NCBI GenBank assembly: GCA_963752335.1
Contig: CAVVXW010000003.1
Coordinates: 274,672 to 338,671, forward strand
DNA length: 64,000 bases
Source of the DNA: an uncultured Acidimicrobiia bacterium
GTDB lineage: Bacteria; Actinomycetota; Acidimicrobiia; IMCC26256; JAENVU01
Reading direction: 5' to 3'
Both the position numbers and the translations under genes were made by a program. Shown one piece after another: positions 37,421 to 49,320 of this stretch (position 1 is the first letter of the stretch; each line of letters begins with the position of its first letter). The notes below the pieces were generated by a model, which saw only the letters and a program-made list of their open reading frames with translations, did not search any database and was not told the origin of the DNA.

Positions 37421-37681
37421 GTGCCTTTCGCGCGCCCCAACCCCTGGTGGTGCACCGTAGCCAAGCCCAAGGACGACACGATCCTCGTGGAGGGGACGGT
37501 GGTCGAACCACTGCCCAACGCGATGTTCCGTGTCGAGCTCGAGAACGGACACAAGGTCCTCGCCCACATCTCCGGGAAGATGCGCATGCACTACATCCGT
37601 ATCCTGCCCGGCGACAAGGTGCAGATCGAGCTCACTCCGTACGACTTGTCCCGTGGCCGCATCACCTACCGCTACAGGTAG
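37421..37681 (+). CDS. infA: Translation initiation factor IF-1
   Basis: [64 protein letters not shown]. Start is uncertain: the codon at the usual start position is GTA, so the GTG at 37421 is the nearest in-frame start. Confidence 0.85.
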   Translation: MPFARPNPWWCTVAKPKDDTILVEGTVVEPLPNAMFRVELENGHKVLAHISGKMRMHYIRILPGDKVQIELTPYDLSRGRITYRYR

Positions 37682-37686
37682 GACGC

Positions 37687-37800
37687 GTGAAGGTACGCCC
37701 GTCGGTGAAGAAGATGTGTGAGAAGTGCAAGGTGATCCGCCGTCATGGTTCGGTGCGCGTCATCTGTGAGAACCCGCGCCACAAGCAGCGCCAGGGATGA
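37687..37800 (+). CDS. rpmJ: 50S ribosomal protein L36
   Basis: [37 protein letters not shown]. In-frame end of track ORF 37393..37800. Confidence 0.95.
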   Translation: MKVRPSVKKMCEKCKVIRRHGSVRVICENPRHKQRQG

Positions 37801-37837
37801 GCCGCGTCATGTCTGATCAGAGAGCGGAGCGATAGCG

Positions 37838-38215
37838 ATGGCCCGTATTTCCGGAGTCGACATCCCGAGGGAGAAGCGCCTCGAGATCTCGCTCACCTAC
37901 GTCTTCGGCATCGGCCGGAGCACCGCGCAGGTGATCTGCCAGCAGACCGGTCTCTCGCCGGACACGCGCGTCCGCGACCTCACGGAGGAGGAGGTGGCTC
38001 AGCTCCGCAACTTCATCGACGCGAACCTGAAGGTCGAAGGAGACCTGCGCCGCGAAGTGTCGGGTCACATCAAGCGCAAGGTCGAGATCGGCAGCTACAG
38101 CGGAATTCGCCACCGTCGCGGGCTTCCCGTGCACGGACAGCGCACCCGTACCAATGCCCGCACCCGGAAAGGTCCGAAGAAGACCGTCGCCGGCAAGAAG
38201 AAGGCCCGGAAGTAG
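37838..38215 (+). CDS. rpsM: 30S ribosomal protein S13
   Basis: [30 protein letters not shown]... Confidence 0.97.
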   Translation: MARISGVDIPREKRLEISLTYVFGIGRSTAQVICQQTGLSPDTRVRDLTEEEVAQLRNFIDANLKVEGDLRREVSGHIKRKVEIGSYSGIRHRRGLPVHGQRTRTNARTRKGPKKTVAGKKKARK

Positions 38216-38218
38216 CAG

Positions 38219-38617
38219 ATGGCCAAGCCCCCAGCAGGCGGACGGCGGCCTCGCCGCCGCGAGCGAAAGAACGTCACGCACGGAATCGCGCACATCAAGT
38301 CGTCGTTCAACAACACGATCATCACCATCTCGGACCAACAGGGGAACACGCTCGCGTGGGCCTCGGCCGGCAACGTCGGATTCAAGGGCTCGCGCAAGAG
38401 CACGCCGTTCGCGGCGCAGCTCGCGGCCGAGACCGCGGCGCGCCGGGCCATGGAGCACGGTGTCCGACGCGTCGACGTCGTGGTGAAGGGCCCCGGATCC
38501 GGTCGGGAGACCGCGATCCGCTCGATCCAGAACACCGGCATCGAGGTCCTCGGCATCAAGGACGTCACCCCGATCCCACACAACGGGTGCCGTCCCCCCA
38601 AGCGGCGGAGGGTCTAG
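38219..38617 (+). CDS. rpsK: 30S ribosomal protein S11
   Basis: [46 protein letters not shown]. Confidence 0.97.
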   Translation: MAKPPAGGRRPRRRERKNVTHGIAHIKSSFNNTIITISDQQGNTLAWASAGNVGFKGSRKSTPFAAQLAAETAARRAMEHGVRRVDVVVKGPGSGRETAIRSIQNTGIEVLGIKDVTPIPHNGCRPPKRRRV

Positions 38618-38619
38618 GT

Positions 38620-39243
38620 ATGGCGAGGTATACCGGTCCCGTCTGTCGGCTCTGCCGGCGCGAGCGCATGAAGCTCTTCCTGAAGGGTGCCAAGTGCGAC
38701 ACGATGAAGTGCCCGATCGAGCGCCGGCCGTACCCGCCGGGTCTGCACGGCCGTGGCCGGATTCGTGAGAGCGAGTACATGCTCCAGCTCCGCGAGAAGC
38801 AGAAGGCGCGGCGCATCTACGGTCTGCTCGAGAAGCAGTTCCGCAACCTCTACGCCGAGGCCGCCCGCCAGAAGGGCATCACGGGCGAGAACCTCCTGCG
38901 CATGCTCGAGCAGCGTCTCGACAACGTCGTGTTCCGCGCCGGGTTCGCCTCGAGTCGCAACCAGTCGCGACAGCTCGTGCGCCACGGTCACATCCTGGTC
39001 AACGGCAAGAAGGTGACGATCCCGAGCTACGCCGTCCGCAAGGACGACGTCGTCGAGCTCTCGTCCAAGGCGAAGAACATGATCGTCCTGCGTCACAACC
39101 TCGACACGCTGGACCGCACGGTCCCGATGTGGCTCGAGGCCTCGACCGGCGACGGCAAGGCGACGGTCCGCGATCTCCCGCTGCGCGAGCAGATCGACGT
39201 GCCCGTGCGCGAACAGCTCATCGTCGAGCTCTACTCCAAGTAA
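38620..39243 (+). CDS. rpsD: 30S ribosomal protein S4
   Basis: MARYTGPVCRLCRRERMKLFLKGAKC... ATG at 38620 inside track ORF 38356..39243. Confidence 0.97.
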   Translation: MARYTGPVCRLCRRERMKLFLKGAKCDTMKCPIERRPYPPGLHGRGRIRESEYMLQLREKQKARRIYGLLEKQFRNLYAEAARQKGITGENLLRMLEQRLDNVVFRAGFASSRNQSRQLVRHGHILVNGKKVTIPSYAVRKDDVVELSSKAKNMIVLRHNLDTLDRTVPMWLEASTGDGKATVRDLPLREQIDVPVREQLIVELYSK

Positions 39244-39290
39244 ACCCCCCGGCAGCGGGCGCTCGTACGCCCGATCGTGAGGAAGCGTCA

Positions 39291-40229
39291 ATGCTCATCA
39301 TCCAACGTCCCGAGATCGAGGCCGAAGAGGCCGAGGGCAACACGCAGCGATTCATCGTGTCGCCGCTCGAGCCCGGCTTCGGGCACACCCTCGGCAACAG
39401 CCTGCGGCGCACCCTGCTCTCGTCGATCCCCGGTGCCGCCGTCACCCAGGTGCGCTTCGACGACGCGCTCCACGAGTTCGACACGATCTCGGGCGTGAAG
39501 GAAGACGTCACCGACATCATCCTCAACCTGAAGGACCTGGTGCTGACGTGTGAGTCGGACGAGGAGGTCACGCTCCGCCTCGACGTGCGCGGTCCGGCGG
39601 ACGTCACCGCCGCGTCCATCCAGAGCACGTCCGATGTGGAGATCCTCAACCCGGACCTCCACGTGGCGACGCTCACCGAGAAGGGCCGGCTCGCGATCGA
39701 CATCACGGTCGAGCAGGGCCGGGGGTACTCGTCGGCCGAGAAGACCAAGAAGGTCGGTGCACCGATCGGTGTGATCCCCGTCGACGCGATCTTCTCGCCG
39801 GTGCGGCGCGTGTCGTTCGACATCGAGCCCACACGGGTCGAGCAGGCCACGAACTACGACCGCCTCGGTCTCGAGATCGAGACCGACGGGTCGATCTCGC
39901 CGCGCGACGCGCTCGCGTCGGCGGGCGCCACGCTGCGGAACCTCGTCGGCCTCGTCGCCGAGATGTCCGAGGAGCAGGGCGGACTCGAGCTCGGCGAGGT
40001 CTCGCCGACGCTCGCGACCTCGCCGGACCTCGAGCTCGCGATCGAGGAGCTGGATCTGTCCGAGCGCCCGCGCAACTGCCTCAAGCGGGCCCGGGTCGAC
40101 ACGATCGGGCAGCTGGTGATGAAGACCGAGGACGACCTGCTCGCGATCACGAACTTCGGCCAGAAGTCGCTCGACGAGGTCATCCAGAAGCTCGACGAGC
40201 GCGGCCTGTCACTGCGGATGAAGGACTGA
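39291..40229 (+). CDS. rpoA: DNA-directed RNA polymerase alpha subunit
   Basis: [28 protein letters not shown] and the C-terminal [24 protein letters not shown] at 39291. Confidence 0.97.
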   Translation: MLIIQRPEIEAEEAEGNTQRFIVSPLEPGFGHTLGNSLRRTLLSSIPGAAVTQVRFDDALHEFDTISGVKEDVTDIILNLKDLVLTCESDEEVTLRLDVRGPADVTAASIQSTSDVEILNPDLHVATLTEKGRLAIDITVEQGRGYSSAEKTKKVGAPIGVIPVDAIFSPVRRVSFDIEPTRVEQATNYDRLGLEIETDGSISPRDALASAGATLRNLVGLVAEMSEEQGGLELGEVSPTLATSPDLELAIEELDLSERPRNCLKRARVDTIGQLVMKTEDDLLAITNFGQKSLDEVIQKLDERGLSLRMKD

Positions 40230-40233
40230 GGCG

Positions 40234-40584
40234 ATGCCGCGTCCCCGGAAGGGTCCTCGCCTCGGTGGCGACCCCCATCACCAGCGTCAGCTCATGGCGA
40301 ACCTGGCGATCGCGCTCTTCGAGCACGGAGGCATCACCACCACCGTGTCACGGGCCAAGGCGTTGCGGCCCTACGCCGAGAAGCTGATCACGAAGGCGAA
40401 GAAGGGCGGCGTCCACCGTCAGCGCCAGGTCGTCGCGACGATCCACGACCAGTCGGCGGCCTCCAAGCTCTTCGTGGACATCGCGCCGACCTACCAGGAC
40501 CGCAACGGGGGCTACACGCGCATCCTGAAGCTGGGCCCGCGTCCGGGCGACCAGGCGCCCATGGCGCGTATCGAGCTCGTCTGA
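40234..40584 (+). CDS. rplQ: 50S ribosomal protein L17
   Basis: [37 protein letters not shown]... Confidence 0.97.
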   Translation: MPRPRKGPRLGGDPHHQRQLMANLAIALFEHGGITTTVSRAKALRPYAEKLITKAKKGGVHRQRQVVATIHDQSAASKLFVDIAPTYQDRNGGYTRILKLGPRPGDQAPMARIELV

Positions 40585-40602
40585 CGATCGCGCAATCTCG
40601 CC

Positions 40603-41450
40603 GTGACGTTGTTCGACGTGACGGTGCCCGAATCGCCGCCGCTGAGGCATGACAGCGATGTCGCGTCGGTGGCGTCGGGATCGGATCCGTCGCCGGTCTG
40701 TCGCCTCGTCGTCGCGTACGACGGCTCGGCCTTCCGGGGCTTCGCCACCCAACCCGGTCAGCGTACGGTCGCCGGGGTGCTCGGCGCCGCCCTGGCCAAG
40801 GTGCTGCGGGGAGAGGTCGAGCTCGCCTGTGCCGGGCGGACCGACGCCGGCGTGCACGCCTGGGGGCAGGTCGTGTCGTTCCCCGTCGAGGCCACGAGGG
40901 ATCTGGCGCGGCTGCAGATCCAGTCTGAACGCCATGTTGGGGCCCGAGATCGTGGTACGCGGCGCGGAGCTCCGACCTCCCGGCTTCGACGCCCGTCACT
41001 CCGCGCGCTGGCGTGCGTACCGGTACACGATCGTGAATCGACCGGTGGCCGACCCGTTCCGGGCCCGTCACGCGTGGTTCGTCCCGGCACCGCTCGATCT
41101 GCGCGCGCTGCGGCTGGCGGCGGATCCCTTCGTCGGCGAGCACGACTTCGCCTCCTTCAGTCGCAAGGCACGGGCGGGCACGACGACGGTCCGGAGGGTG
41201 ATCGCGGTCCGAGTGGCACGACCTCGGCGACGGGATCCTGCGCTACGACATCCGCGCCACGGCGTTCTGCTGGCGCATGGTGCGCTCGATCGTGGGGACC
41301 CAGGTCGACGTCGGGCTGGGGAAACGGCGTCCGGGCGACATGCTCACGATCCTGCGCGCCGAGGACCGCGCGGCTGCCGGCACCATGGCGCCTCCCCACG
41401 GGCTGTGCCTCTGGGAGGTCGGTTACCCCGACCGGGCCGAGGATGCTTAG
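40603..41450 (+). pseudogene. truA: tRNA pseudouridine synthase A. The frame is broken at least twice in this assembly.
   Basis: VVAYDGSAFRGFATQPG..GRTDAGVHAWGQVVSF (frame 1). LNAMLGPEIVV..FDARHSARWRAYRY..HDFASF (frame 2). RYDIRATAFCWRMVRSIVGT..APPHGLCLWEVGYP-stop (frame 0, TAG at 41448-41450). Confidence 0.8.
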
Positions 41451-41950
41451 GCGCGGGTGACGACGACGGCCAGCGTGCCCGGAGCGCCGGTGCTCCGGGG
41501 CAGGAGTCCGCGGTCACCGTCCAACCATCACCGGACGCGGCCCGGTGGGTCGCGCCGGCCGCAACCATCGTGAGGCCGGCGTCGATCGAGACGAGCCTGG
41601 TACGCGTCGAGCACGGAGGCCGTCGCATCGCCGGCCGGGACCACGTAGGTCAGGAGGAACCGCTCGCCGCCCGCGGCCTGATCCACCGCCCCGCTGCTCA
41701 GCGCCAACGCCGGACGTGGCACCGCACCCGGGAAGGCGGTCGGGACCCGCGCGCCCGAATAGGTGGCCGACGCGCCGTTCCCGCCTTCGATCGTGACCCG
41801 GCGCGTGCTTGCCCCGGCCCGAGACGGTGATCCGGCCGTCGTTGGTCTCCCTGACCGCGGAGTCGCCACACGCCGCGACGGCGACGGCGACGGCCAGGGT
41901 CAGCAGCCCGGCCGTGGCCCACCGCGGTGTGCGGGCGCGAGGCCGGTCAC
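41447..41950 (-). pseudogene. Small putative lipoprotein. The frame is broken several times.
   Basis: GTG at 41950 overlaps the upstream stop (GTGA). Signal/lipobox-like LLTLAVAVAVAACGD. Later segments lie in the frames of track ORFs 41528..41869 and 41344..41628. Weak reconstruction. Confidence 0.35.
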
Positions 41951-43462
41951 TCGACGCCGAGGTACAGGAAGCCGTACGCCTCGTCGCGGAACGTCAGTCC
42001 CGACGCCTTGAGTGGCACGTCCCAGTCACCGGTCACCGAGGGGTCGTTCTCCTCCATGCCGTGGTCGGCGACGAGGAGGAACGCGGTGTCGTCGAACGCG
42101 CCAGCGCGCTCGACCGCGGCCATGACCTCGCCGATGCGCGCGTCGGAATCCCGGATCGACGCGGCCGCGATCTCGGAGTGGGGGCCGCCCTCGTGCATCG
42201 CGGCGTCGGTGAGCGTGAAGTTGACCCACATGAACCGCGGCAGCGGGTAGGTCTCGTCCCGGTAGCTCCCGCTGAGGATGCCGACGGCCTGGTCGACGCA
42301 CATGTGGTCGACGATCGAGGACCACGAGTAGTCCTTCGACGGCCGCACGAACCGCTCGGTCGTGTGGGGCAGGCCGACGGGGTCGGTCGGGATCGGCGGG
42401 ACGTCGCCCCGCCGGAAGAAGTCGAACGTCGAGTAGCATCGCATCGATGTCGCAGGGCTCGTTGCAGCTCGCGGTGAAGGCGTCGGGCCAGGTGCGACGA
42501 ACCGCGGTGTGGATCGACTCGGTTCCCGGCGTGGCCGAGTCCATGGCGTTCGGCCACGTCGCGTTCGAGTTCGTGATGATCTGCTTGCCCTGCGCCCGGT
42601 CGTACCAGGCGTTGTTCAGGATGCCGTGGTGGCCGGGGTGACGGCCGGTGAGGATCGAGGTGTGGTTGGCGAGGGTGATCGTCGGCAGGCTCGCCATCGC
42701 GCCGTGCTGGTAGGCGGTGCCCATCGCGATGAGCCGGGCGACGTTCGGGCGCTTCGCCGCGCGCGGCCATGTCGTAGAGGACGTTCGGGTTGGTGCCGTC
42801 GAAGAGGAATCCGATCACGTGGCGGGGTCGGCCCGCGGACTCGTCGATCACGTCGAGCCTCACCTCGCCGTCCTGGCCCGCGAGATACGAGCCGTCGGCG
42901 TGCGGCGCCGCGCCGAGCAGGTGGAGCACGGTGGGCGCGACGTCGACGAGGCGGGCGCTGCGCGGCGACGAGACCGTCGGATCGGACGCCCTTGCCGGCG
43001 ATGACGAACGGGGCCCGCGCCTGCACCACGCCGAGCGATCCGTGCTCGCCCCGGTGGCCACCCTGGTCCTCCCAGTTGTGCGCGGCCGAATGGATCACGC
43101 AGAGATCGGGTGCCGCGGGGTGGTCGAAGAGCTGCGCGATCGTGTCGTACGCGTGGGGATAGGCGTTCCGCGACCGGTGCGGGATATGCGTTCGCACGCT
43201 CGTCCGCGAGGGACGCGAAGCGATCCGTCGACTGGTCGGCGAGCGGATCCGTGCCCTCGCCGCCGGTGCGCTCGTAGCCGTTCTCGGTGCGACGGAACGT
43301 CACCGAGCCGTCATGGGTGCGGGCCTCGTACCGGTCGCCCTGGCTGAGCACGACCATGTCGACGATGGGCTCGAGCGCTCCGTCGAGCAGGATCTCGAGC
43401 GCCCGTTCGGCGTCCTCGACGAGCTCGGGCCCGAGCTGGTGGATCGCGGTGGGGGGAGTCAC
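41947..43462 (-). pseudogene. Alkaline-phosphatase-superfamily phosphodiesterase / nucleotide pyrophosphatase-like enzyme. The frame is broken about 4 times.
   Basis: Five collinear fragments (track ORFs ending at 43831, 43197, 43061, 42724 and 42444). PTITLANHTSILTGRHPGHHGI and FLLVADHGMEEN core motifs. Each break shifts the frame in the same direction. Confidence 0.65.
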
Positions 43463-43513
43463 CGCGCGAGCGTATTCCCCGCGCCGGCGGGGCCGCCCGG
43501 CGTCCCTCCACGC

Positions 43514-43543
43514 TTGGCCTGCTCCGGGCCGTGCGGCTAACCT
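43514..43543 (+). promoter_or_regulatory. Candidate promoter for rplM-rpsI-glmM (TTGGCC, 18 nt spacer, TAACCT)
   Basis: Motif match only. The -10 fits the actinobacterial TANNNT pattern. About 70 nt upstream of the rplM GTG. Confidence 0.25.
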
Positions 43544-43616
43544 CCCTCCCCTTGCGTACGGCCCCGGCGGCCGCGCGCGCCCGGGGTCCCTCGGGCGACA
43601 CCAGAGAGAGTGATCT

Positions 43617-44069
43617 GTGCGGACCTTCCATCCCAAAGAGTCGGACATCCAGCACGCCTGGCACGTGATCGATGCCGAAGGCGTCGTCCTCGGGCGCCTC
43701 GCCACCGAGGTGGCGCGACTGCTCCGTGGCAAGCACAAGCCGATCTGGGCGCCGAACGTCGACGTCGGCGACCATGTCGTCGTCATCAACGCGAGCAAGC
43801 TCGACATCTCGCTCCGCAAGTCCGAGGACAAGCTCTACTACCGCCACTCCGGCTACCCGGGCGGCATCCGCAGCGAGAACCTGGGTCATCTGATCGAGCG
43901 CAGTCCGGAGCGCGTCGTGCGGCTCGCGGTCCGCGGGATGCTCCCGAAGAGTCGGCTCGGCCGCGCGCAGCTGAAGAAGCTGCGCGTCTACGCCGGCCCG
44001 ACCCACCCGCACGCCGCGCAGCAGCCGCACGACCATCCGCTCGCCACCACCCCGAGGAACGCATCGTGA
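43617..44069 (+). CDS. rplM: 50S ribosomal protein L13
   Basis: [28 protein letters not shown]...YRHSGYPGG. Confidence 0.95.
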   Translation: MRTFHPKESDIQHAWHVIDAEGVVLGRLATEVARLLRGKHKPIWAPNVDVGDHVVVINASKLDISLRKSEDKLYYRHSGYPGGIRSENLGHLIERSPERVVRLAVRGMLPKSRLGRAQLKKLRVYAGPTHPHAAQQPHDHPLATTPRNAS

Positions 44070-44459
44070 GCAAGCCCCTCATCCAGACCACCGGTCGCCG
44101 CAAGGAGGCCATCGCGCGGGTGCGGCTCCGTCCCGGGACGGGCAAGGTCGTGATCAACGGTCGCGAGATCGAGAACTACTTCCACATCGCCACCCACCGC
44201 ACCGGCGCGACCGAGGCGTTGCGGATCACCCAGACCGCGGACGTGTACGACGTCGACGCCACGATCCGGGGTGGCGGGATCGCGGGTCAGTCCGGTGCGC
44301 TCGGCTTGGGCATCGCCCGCGCCCTGGTCGGCGCTCGACCCGGAGGCGCGCCCGGCGCTCAAGAAGGCGGGGCTGCTCACCCGTGACGCTCGTGAGAAGG
44401 AGCGGCGCAAGTACGGCCTCAAGAAGGCGCGCAAGGCGCCCCAGTACTCCAAGCGGTAG
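44066..44459 (+). CDS. rpsI: 30S ribosomal protein S9. One frame break at about 44330.
   Basis: GTGA overlap with rpl[27 protein letters not shown] (frame of ORF 43610..44386), then [28 protein letters not shown] (ORF 44271..44459). Confidence 0.9.
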
Positions 44460-44471
44460 CAGCGCGCCGCG

Positions 44472-45809
44472 ATGGCGCCGCGCTTCGGCACCGACGGGAT
44501 CCGCGGCGTCGCCGGCACCGAGCTGACGACCGAGCTGGTCCGGGCGCTCGGTGCCGCCGCGGCCGACGCGATCGGGACCGACATCACGTTCCTGGTGGCC
44601 CGCGACACGCGTGAGTCGGGTCCGTGGCTCGAGGACGCGCTGCTCGAGGGCATGACGCGAGCCGGCGCCGACGTGACCAGCCTCGGCGTGCTCCCCACGC
44701 CCGCGCTGGCCAGTGCGTGCGCGGCATCCGGCGCAGCCGGGGCGATGATCTCGGCGAGCCACAACCCGTTCTCGGACAACGGCGTCAAGCTCTTCGAGCC
44801 CGGCGGCCGCAAGCTGCGTGACGCCACGGAGGCCGCCGTCGAGCGCGCGCTCGAGGCGCGCCTCGCGGGGAGTGGCTCCGACGGCGGGCCCGAGGGGACC
44901 GCGAGGGTCGCCGCCGATGCCGTCGACGCGTACGTGGCGCATCTCGTCGCGGTGCTCGGCGGCGACACGCCGCTCGCGGGCCTCCACGTCGTGATCGACG
45001 CCGCCCACGGTGCTGCCGTGGTCTCGGCGCCACGCGCGTACCGCGAGCTCGGCGCGACGGTCGACGTCGTCGGCGCGACGCCCGACGGCCGCAACATCAA
45101 CGCGGGGTGCGGGTCCACCCACCCGGAGGTGGTCGCGAGCGAGGTGGTCGCGCGGGGCGCCGACGTCGGACTGGCCTTCGACGGCGATGCGGACCGCGTC
45201 GTCGCCGTCGACGCGGACGGGTCGATCGTCGACGGGGACCATCTCCTCGCGATTCTCGCCCTCGACCTCGACGCGCGGGGCTTGCTCCCGCACCACGCGA
45301 TCGCGACGACCGTCATGGCCAATCTCGGGCTGACGCGCGCGCTGGCATCCCACGGCATCGACGTCGTGGTCACGCCGGTCGGGGACCGCAACGTGCTCGC
45401 CGCGATGGAGGAGCACGGGCTCGGGCTCGGCGGCGAGCAGTCGGGACACGTGATCGTCTCGGCGCACTCGGTGACCGGCGACGGTCCTCTCACCGGACTG
45501 TTGCTGCTCGACACGATGGTGCGGACCGGGCGATCGTTGCGCGAGCTGGCCGCCGTCGTGACCAAGCTGCCCCAGGTGCTCGAGAACGTGAAGGTCGCGG
45601 ACCGGGAGGGCCTCGAGGCGGCCACGGGCTTCTGGGCCGCGGTGCGGGTGGCCGAGGCCGAGCTCGGCGCCGACGGACGGGTCCTGGTCCGGCCCTCGGG
45701 GACCGAGCCGGTGGTCCGGGTCATGGTCGAGGCGGTCGAGCCCGAGACCGCGGACCGCATCGCCGCGACGCTGGTCGCGGCCCTGACCGGGGCGCTCGGG
45801 CCCGGATGA
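44472..45809 (+). CDS. glmM: Phosphoglucosamine mutase
   Basis: FGTDGIRGVAG and MISASHNPFSDNGVKLF (active-site Ser loop). Intact 445-aa ORF. Confidence 0.95.
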   Translation: MAPRFGTDGIRGVAGTELTTELVRALGAAAADAIGTDITFLVARDTRESGPWLEDALLEGMTRAGADVTSLGVLPTPALASACAASGAAGAMISASHNPFSDNGVKLFEPGGRKLRDATEAAVERALEARLAGSGSDGGPEGTARVAADAVDAYVAHLVAVLGGDTPLAGLHVVIDAAHGAAVVSAPRAYRELGATVDVVGATPDGRNINAGCGSTHPEVVASEVVARGADVGLAFDGDADRVVAVDADGSIVDGDHLLAILALDLDARGLLPHHAIATTVMANLGLTRALASHGIDVVVTPVGDRNVLAAMEEHGLGLGGEQSGHVIVSAHSVTGDGPLTGLLLLDTMVRTGRSLRELAAVVTKLPQVLENVKVADREGLEAATGFWAAVRVAEAELGADGRVLVRPSGTEPVVRVMVEAVEPETADRIAATLVAALTGALGPG

Positions 45810-45884
45810 CGCGGCCCCCGGTTGCGGATCGGGGTCGTCGTCCGGACCACTTCACCCCGCACCGCCGGTAGGCTTCCCGGCCTC

Positions 45885-48800
45885 ATGTGCGGCATCGTGG
45901 CGGTGCTCCGCCGCCCCTCCGATCGGATCCCGCCGGACCTCGCGAGCCTCCGGGAGCGGCTGGCGTCGGCGCGGGCCGAGTTGGAGCGGGCCGTCGCCGG
46001 GCCGGCCGACGAGACCGACACGACTCGCCGCCTCCATGCGGGCGCCGAGCACCTCGTGGCGGTGGACGCCGATCTCCGCGGCAGTGCCGGGGTGCGGGCT
46101 CTGCTGGCCGACGCGCGGGGCCGGGTGGAGATCCTCGAGGAGATCGACGGCTGCGAGGACCTGGTCGCACGCTTCGAGGCCGGCCTCGATTCCGAGGTCA
46201 CGGTCGCACCGGCGGCGGACGAGGAGCTGAACGCAGCGCTCGTCCGAGTCAAGGACCAGGTCTGGGCGCTGCGCCACGACCGCTTCCGGACCGCGGACGC
46301 GGTGGCCGCGTTCGCCGGCGACGATCCCTCCCGAGCGCTGGTCGACGGCTACCTCTCCATCCAGGTCGCGTTGTCGGCGTTGGATCGTCTCGAGGTCCGC
46401 GGGCGCGATTCCGCGGGGATCGAGATCGTCGTGCGTCACTCGGGGCTCGACCTCGACGATCCGGCGGTGCTCGCACGCTGCGCCGAGCGAACCGACCGGC
46501 TCCACCGCTCGCGATCGGTGCGAACCGTCGGTGACCTGGTCTGCTTCGTCTACAAGGCTGCCGCGGAGATCGGGGAGTTGGGCGACAACGTCGCGATGCT
46601 GCGCGCCGCGATCACCGCCGACGGCCTCCTGCGCACGGCCCTCGGCGGCGAGGACTCCGAGGTCGTCGTGCTGGCGCACACCCGGTGGGCGAGCGTGGGC
46701 GTCATCTCGGAGGCGAATGCGCACCCGCTCGACCACGAAGAGGCCGAGCGATTCGGCACCGCCTACGCCGCGGCCGCGCTGAACGGCGATGTCGACAACT
46801 ACGCCGAGCTCGTGGGGCTCCACCACCTGCAGATCGCACCCGAGATCACCACGGACGCGAAGGTCATCCCCGACGATCATGGCCCGTGCGATCGACGATG
46901 GTGCCGAGCCGGTCGAAGCGTTCCGTCAGGCGGTCGCCGCGTTCGAGGGCTCGGTCGCGATCGGCGCGCACACGAGCGCCGCCCCCGGGCGGGTGTTCCT
47001 GGCGCTCCGCGGGAGCGGTCAGGGCCTCTACGTCGGGCTGGCCGAGGACTCCTACGTCGTGGCGAGCGAACCGTACGGGGTCGTCGAGGAGACCCCGACG
47101 TACCTTCGCCTCGACGGGGAGACGCCGGTCCAGCCGAACAATCCCGGCAGCCGGGGTCAGGTCGTCGTGCTCGACACCCGCGACCGCCGGTGACCTCGAC
47201 GCCGATCGTCCGGCTCGCCTACGACGGCACGCCGCTCCCGGTCGTCAGCGGCGGACCTCTCGCACGCGGAGATCACGACGCGCGACATCGACCGGGGGGA
47301 GTTCCCGCACTACCTGTTGAAGGAGATCACCGAGGCGCCCGGCATCGTTCCGCAAGACCCTCCGGGCGAAGTTCGTCGAGCGCGACGGCCGCCTCCGGGT
47401 CGAGGTCGGACCGGAGGTGCTCCCGGACGCGATCCGGGCGAGGCTCGCCGGCGGGACCATCGCCCGCGTGGTGGTGATCGGCCAGGGGACGGCCGCGGTC
47501 GCGGGACAGAGCCTCGCGGTCGGCGCTGACGGACGCGGTGGGTCCGGCGCCATCCGTTGCGCGTCGAGGCGATGCTCGCCACCGAGCTCTCGGGCTTCCG
47601 CCTGAGCGAGGACATGCACGACACCCTGGTGGTCGCGATCTCGCAGAGCGGTACGACCACTGACACGAACACGACGGTCGATCTCGCCCGGGCACGCGGC
47701 GCGGCGGTTGTCGCGATCGTGAACCGCCGCCACAGCGACCTCGTCGACCGTTCCGACGGTGTGCTCTACACGTCGGACGGCCGCGACGTCGAGATGAGCG
47801 TGGCATCGACCAAGGCGTTCTACGCGCAGGTTGCCGCGGGGTTCGTGCTCGCGGAGGCGATCGCCGGCGCGCTCGGCGTCGCGCCGCTCGACGATGGCCT
47901 GTTCGAAGCCTGCGGCGAGCTGCCCGGACGCGATGCGCGCGGTGCTCGACCAACGGGAGGAGATCGGTCGGGCGGCGCACGCGCATGCACCCTTCCGTCG
48001 CTACTGGGCGGTCGTCGGGAACGGAGCGAACCGCATCGCCGCCAACGAGGTGAGGATCAAGGCGTCGGAGCTCTGCTACAAGTCCATCGCGTGCGACGCC
48101 ACCGAGGACAAGAAGCACATCGACCTGTCGGCGGAGCCGATGATCCTCGTCTGCGCGGCCGGGCTGTCCGGCTCCAACGCCGACGACGTCGCCAAGGAGC
48201 TGGCGATCTACCGGGCCCACAAGGCGGCCGCGATCGCCATCGTGTCGGACGACGACGACCGCTACGGCGCCGCGCAGGAGATCATCCGGGTGCCGCGGGT
48301 GCACCCGCGGCTCGGGTTCGTCCTGAGCGCGATGGCCGGACACCTGTTCGGCTACGAGGCCGCGGTGGCGATCGACGCGTCGGCGCGGCCGCTCCGCGAG
48401 GCCCGGGCCGCGATCGAGGCCAGCCCGATCGGCGGGGAGCTCGGGCCGCTGACGAGCCACGTGGCGGGGCCTGCGGCCCGCTTCTTCGAAGGTCTGCGTA
48501 CCGGCCTCTACGACGGCACCCTGGAAGCGGCGACCGCGGTCCGGCTCGCGTCCGTCCTGCGGTACGCCGTCGGGCTGGTGCCCCTGGAGCTCTACGGCGA
48601 CCGAGTACGGGGTGCTCGGCACCCCGGCGACGGTCGCCGGCGGACCTGACCGTCGCGCTCGACCGAGGCCATCGAGCAGCTGACGCGGCCGGTGGACGCG
48701 ATCAAGCACCAGGCCAAGACGGTGACCGTCGGCATCTCGCGGTCGGACGAGACGCTGCTGCGGGTGCCGCTCGTCCAGGCGGTGCTCGAGGCCGGGACCC

Positions 48801-49316
48801 CGCGCGACGGTCTCACCTACAAGATCCTGCGCACGCTCGTGGACCTGGATCCCGCGATCGTGGGCATCGTCGGGTTCACCCGCTACCGGATCGACGGCGA
48901 TCCCGAGTCGGACGACGCGACCATCAGCGTGCTGGACCGCGGCGGGATCGCGGCGGGCATCGCGTCCCGGACCGAGACCGACCCGCGGTTGCGGGGGACG
49001 AAGCAGAGCGTCGCCGCCGAGCGGCAGGTGTTCGTGACCCGCGGACGCGGCCGACGGGCGGGTCATCGCGATCGTGCCCGAGGTCAAGGGCACCCAGACC
49101 GTCGGGCTGACCCTGCTCCACCTCGACCTCCCCGATCGGCTCCCGCCGGACGTCGCGCGCGGCGTGCTCTCCGGGTACCGGCACCGCTACACGGCCCTGC
49201 GCGGTGCCGTCACCGAGACCGAGCCCGAGATCGACGACTCGCGCCTGGCCGAGATCCCGGTGGTGGATCTCCTGACGCTGCCCATCGCGTCGCTCGCCGA
49301 CCGGTGGAAGTCCTGA
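45885..49316 (+). pseudogene. Atypically long GlmS-like protein (class-II glutamine amidotransferase plus SIS domains, about 1140 codons). The frame is broken about a dozen times.
   Basis: MCGIVAV (Cys2 nucleophile), LDRLEVRGRDSAGIEI, HTRWASVG, LVVAISQSGTTTDT (SIS), WAVVGNGANRIAANEVRIKASELCYKS (second SIS). A C-terminal extension ends ...LPIASLADRWKS. Stitched from about 13 collinear fragments. Confidence 0.7.
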
Positions 49317-49320
49317 GCGG

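Noticed and set aside
43988-46252. Long antisense ORFs: 43988..46252, 47327..49093, 57790..60075, 7510..9294, 9431..11107, 33472..35523, 359..1303, 970..2379, 5716..7194 and others
   Set aside because: They show typical high-GC shadow-ORF composition (Arg/Ala/Gly/Pro/Ser dominated). They have no recognisable motifs, and each lies opposite a gene with strong homology signals.
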